From Octopus sinensis (lineage: Eukaryota), in NCBI RefSeq assembly GCF_006345805.1, contig NC_043005.1, forward strand, positions 92,566,001-92,630,000: a DNA stretch of 64,000 nucleotides. The letters are read 5' to 3'. The notes under the pieces were generated by a model. It was not told where the DNA came from. It saw only the letters and a program-made list of their open reading frames with translations, and did not search any database. Made by a program: the position numbers and the translations under genes. Position 1 is the first letter of the stretch, and each line of letters begins with the position of its first letter. Shown here in pieces: positions 62,358 through 64,000 of this stretch.

Positions 62358-63533
62358 TCAGGTCATTAAGAATGAAATGTCCAATTTTCTTTTGCACCAA
62401 GTTTGACAGTCGTTAACTCTAATGTGTTATCCTGAGAATTCTTTGTTTTACAACTTTCAAGAGTTACACCATCACTTTTCGAAATCCAATTCATGGTATT
62501 TGATTATATTGTGCGTTTTCTCTTGTAAATCAATTTTTGTGAACGTATGGATAGATAAAAAATTCGTGTTGTTTATGAATATGAGTTCCTTCGTGAATCC
62601 AATGCATCCCAGACAGCTCGAAACATCAATAAGGTGTTTGGTGAAGATGTGGCGCCTGAGCACACTGTACGTTTGAGAAGTTCCAGTCTGGTGACTTTAC
62701 TCTTGAAAATAAGCCGTGGTAGACCTGAGACCAAGGTGGGTATTGATGAGCTGGAAACAGCGGAAGCAGACACATCTCAAATTGTACCTGAGTTAGCAGC
62801 AAGGTTTGATGTTTTGATTCCAATTGTATTTGGACCATCTGAAACAAATCAGCAAGGTAAAGAAGCTAGACAAGCGGGTACAACACGAACTGAAAGAGCA
62901 TCAAATGACATGTCGCCTTGAAACTTGCTGTTCTTTGCTGTCATGGTATAAAAGCGAACCATTTTTGTATCGTATTGTTATGTATAATGAAAAATGGATT
63001 GTTTTCAACATTAAGCAAGCATTCTGCACAGTAGTTGGATAGAGACAAAGTGCCAAAACACAATCCAAAAAAAGCTAATGGTGTAGCACTGGTGTCATCC
63101 ACTACAGCTTCATGAGACCTGGTATCAACCAATTAAACAGAGACAGGCCAATTCTCTTGCAAGACAATGCTTGACCACATGTTGCACAAAGAATGCTACT
63201 CAAGTTATAGGAACTGAACTTGGAAGTACTCTGTCATCCACCATATTCACCAGACCTTGCACCAACTGGCTATCATTTTTTTCCAGGCATTAGACAACTT
63301 TTTGCAAGGAAAAAACTTCAAATCTGAAGAAGATGCAAAAACAGCCTTTCGTAATTTCATCATCTCTTGTTCTCCAGAATTCTTCACTGCCAGCATAATC
63401 AAGCTATTGATAAAATGGTAAGATTGTGTTAATAATTTAGGTGCATACTTTGATTAATTGCATTGCTTTTTGTTGAGATCAGGTAAAATAAATTTTCAGT
63501 TCAAAATCAGCCATTTCATTCTGAATGAGCTGA
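62358..63533 (+). mobile_element. Near full-length mariner element, transposase pseudogene (62547-63457)
   Basis: Imperfect TIRs tcaggtcattaagaatgaaatg / catttcattctgaatgagctga, with TA on both sides (62356-62357, 63534-63535). Motifs NEKWI, LLQDNA.PHVA, HPPYSPDLAP..YHFF, GAYFD*; contains stops and frameshifts. Confidence 0.9.
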
Positions 63534-63635
63534 TAGATACTATAAAGCATCAGAATTTCTATGACTAGGTTATCATTGCCACTGTCTTGTTACTAGTTGG
63601 AAATAAAAGAGATTGCAGTTAACTAGCAACCTTAC

Positions 63636-63744
63636 CTCTGTGCATAATCCTACGAGAATGCATGTGCTCCAGGGCACTGCAAATCTGAATGAAGTACTTC
63701 CAGATGGTCTTCTCAGGAATCAGCCGGCTACGCTGTTTGAAATG
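63636..63744 (-). CDS. NEK7: NEK6/NEK7 kinase internal exon (109 nt): HFKQRSRLIPEKTIWKYFIQICSALEHMHSRRIMHR(D)
   Basis: Translation matches the NEK6/7 alphaE-to-catalytic-loop segment as I recall it. Acceptor ttatccCAG (63745-63747); donor G|GTAAG (63631-63635). Phase 1 joins the next exon to form HRD. Upstream exons lie beyond the window. Confidence 0.95.
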
Positions 63745-64000
63745 CTGGGATAACAGAAAAGGAACAGAGTGAGAGAGAAAGGTAGAGAGGGAGGGAGAGA
63801 CAAATATGAAGACTGCATAAAACAATGTAGATGTATATCAAATATAACAAGATATAGAAGTCATTAAGCTAGCTGTTAATGAAATTACTCTAGTCTCAGA
63901 ATTATCCTCTGTCAGCTTTGCTTTACAGTAATATTGGGTTCAAACACTAGCACAAATTATGGTGAGGAGAAACATTCACTTCAACTGTTTCCAAATACTG

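Overview
This is AT-rich, repeat-dense animal genomic DNA, with no prokaryotic or CRISPR signal. The SINE, RTE and Penelope repeat types and the long (TA)n/(CA)n/(GATA)n tracts suggest an octopus or other coleoid cephalopod (inference). Two host genes lie on the minus strand. (1) The last five coding exons of a NEK6/NEK7 kinase (63636-63744, 59942-60049, 58398-58492, 56142-56255, 52836-53108). All have canonical splice sites with matching phases. The protein ends in an unusual 54-aa Gln-rich tail, and its TAA sits in a CARYYA read-through-type context followed by 73 more open codons. (2) An unrecognised gene made of a 669-codon acidic, low-complexity exon (13846-15852) and two short phase-0 exons that the ORF track misses (9871-10032, 8698-8874). 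It would encode a ~780-aa protein with two PP1-type RVxF motifs and one transmembrane helix near the end of the recovered sequence. The rest is mostly decayed mobile DNA: a CR1-group LINE, many RTE LINE pieces (with a PHD-like finger inside the RT), an R4/Dong-like REL element, Penelope-like elements with hammerhead-ribozyme-like motifs, Ty3/gypsy, Tc1/mariner, piggyBac-like MITEs and tRNA-derived SINEs. There are also many long hairpins and inverted repeat pairs. All family assignments come from motif recognition by eye; no database search was run.
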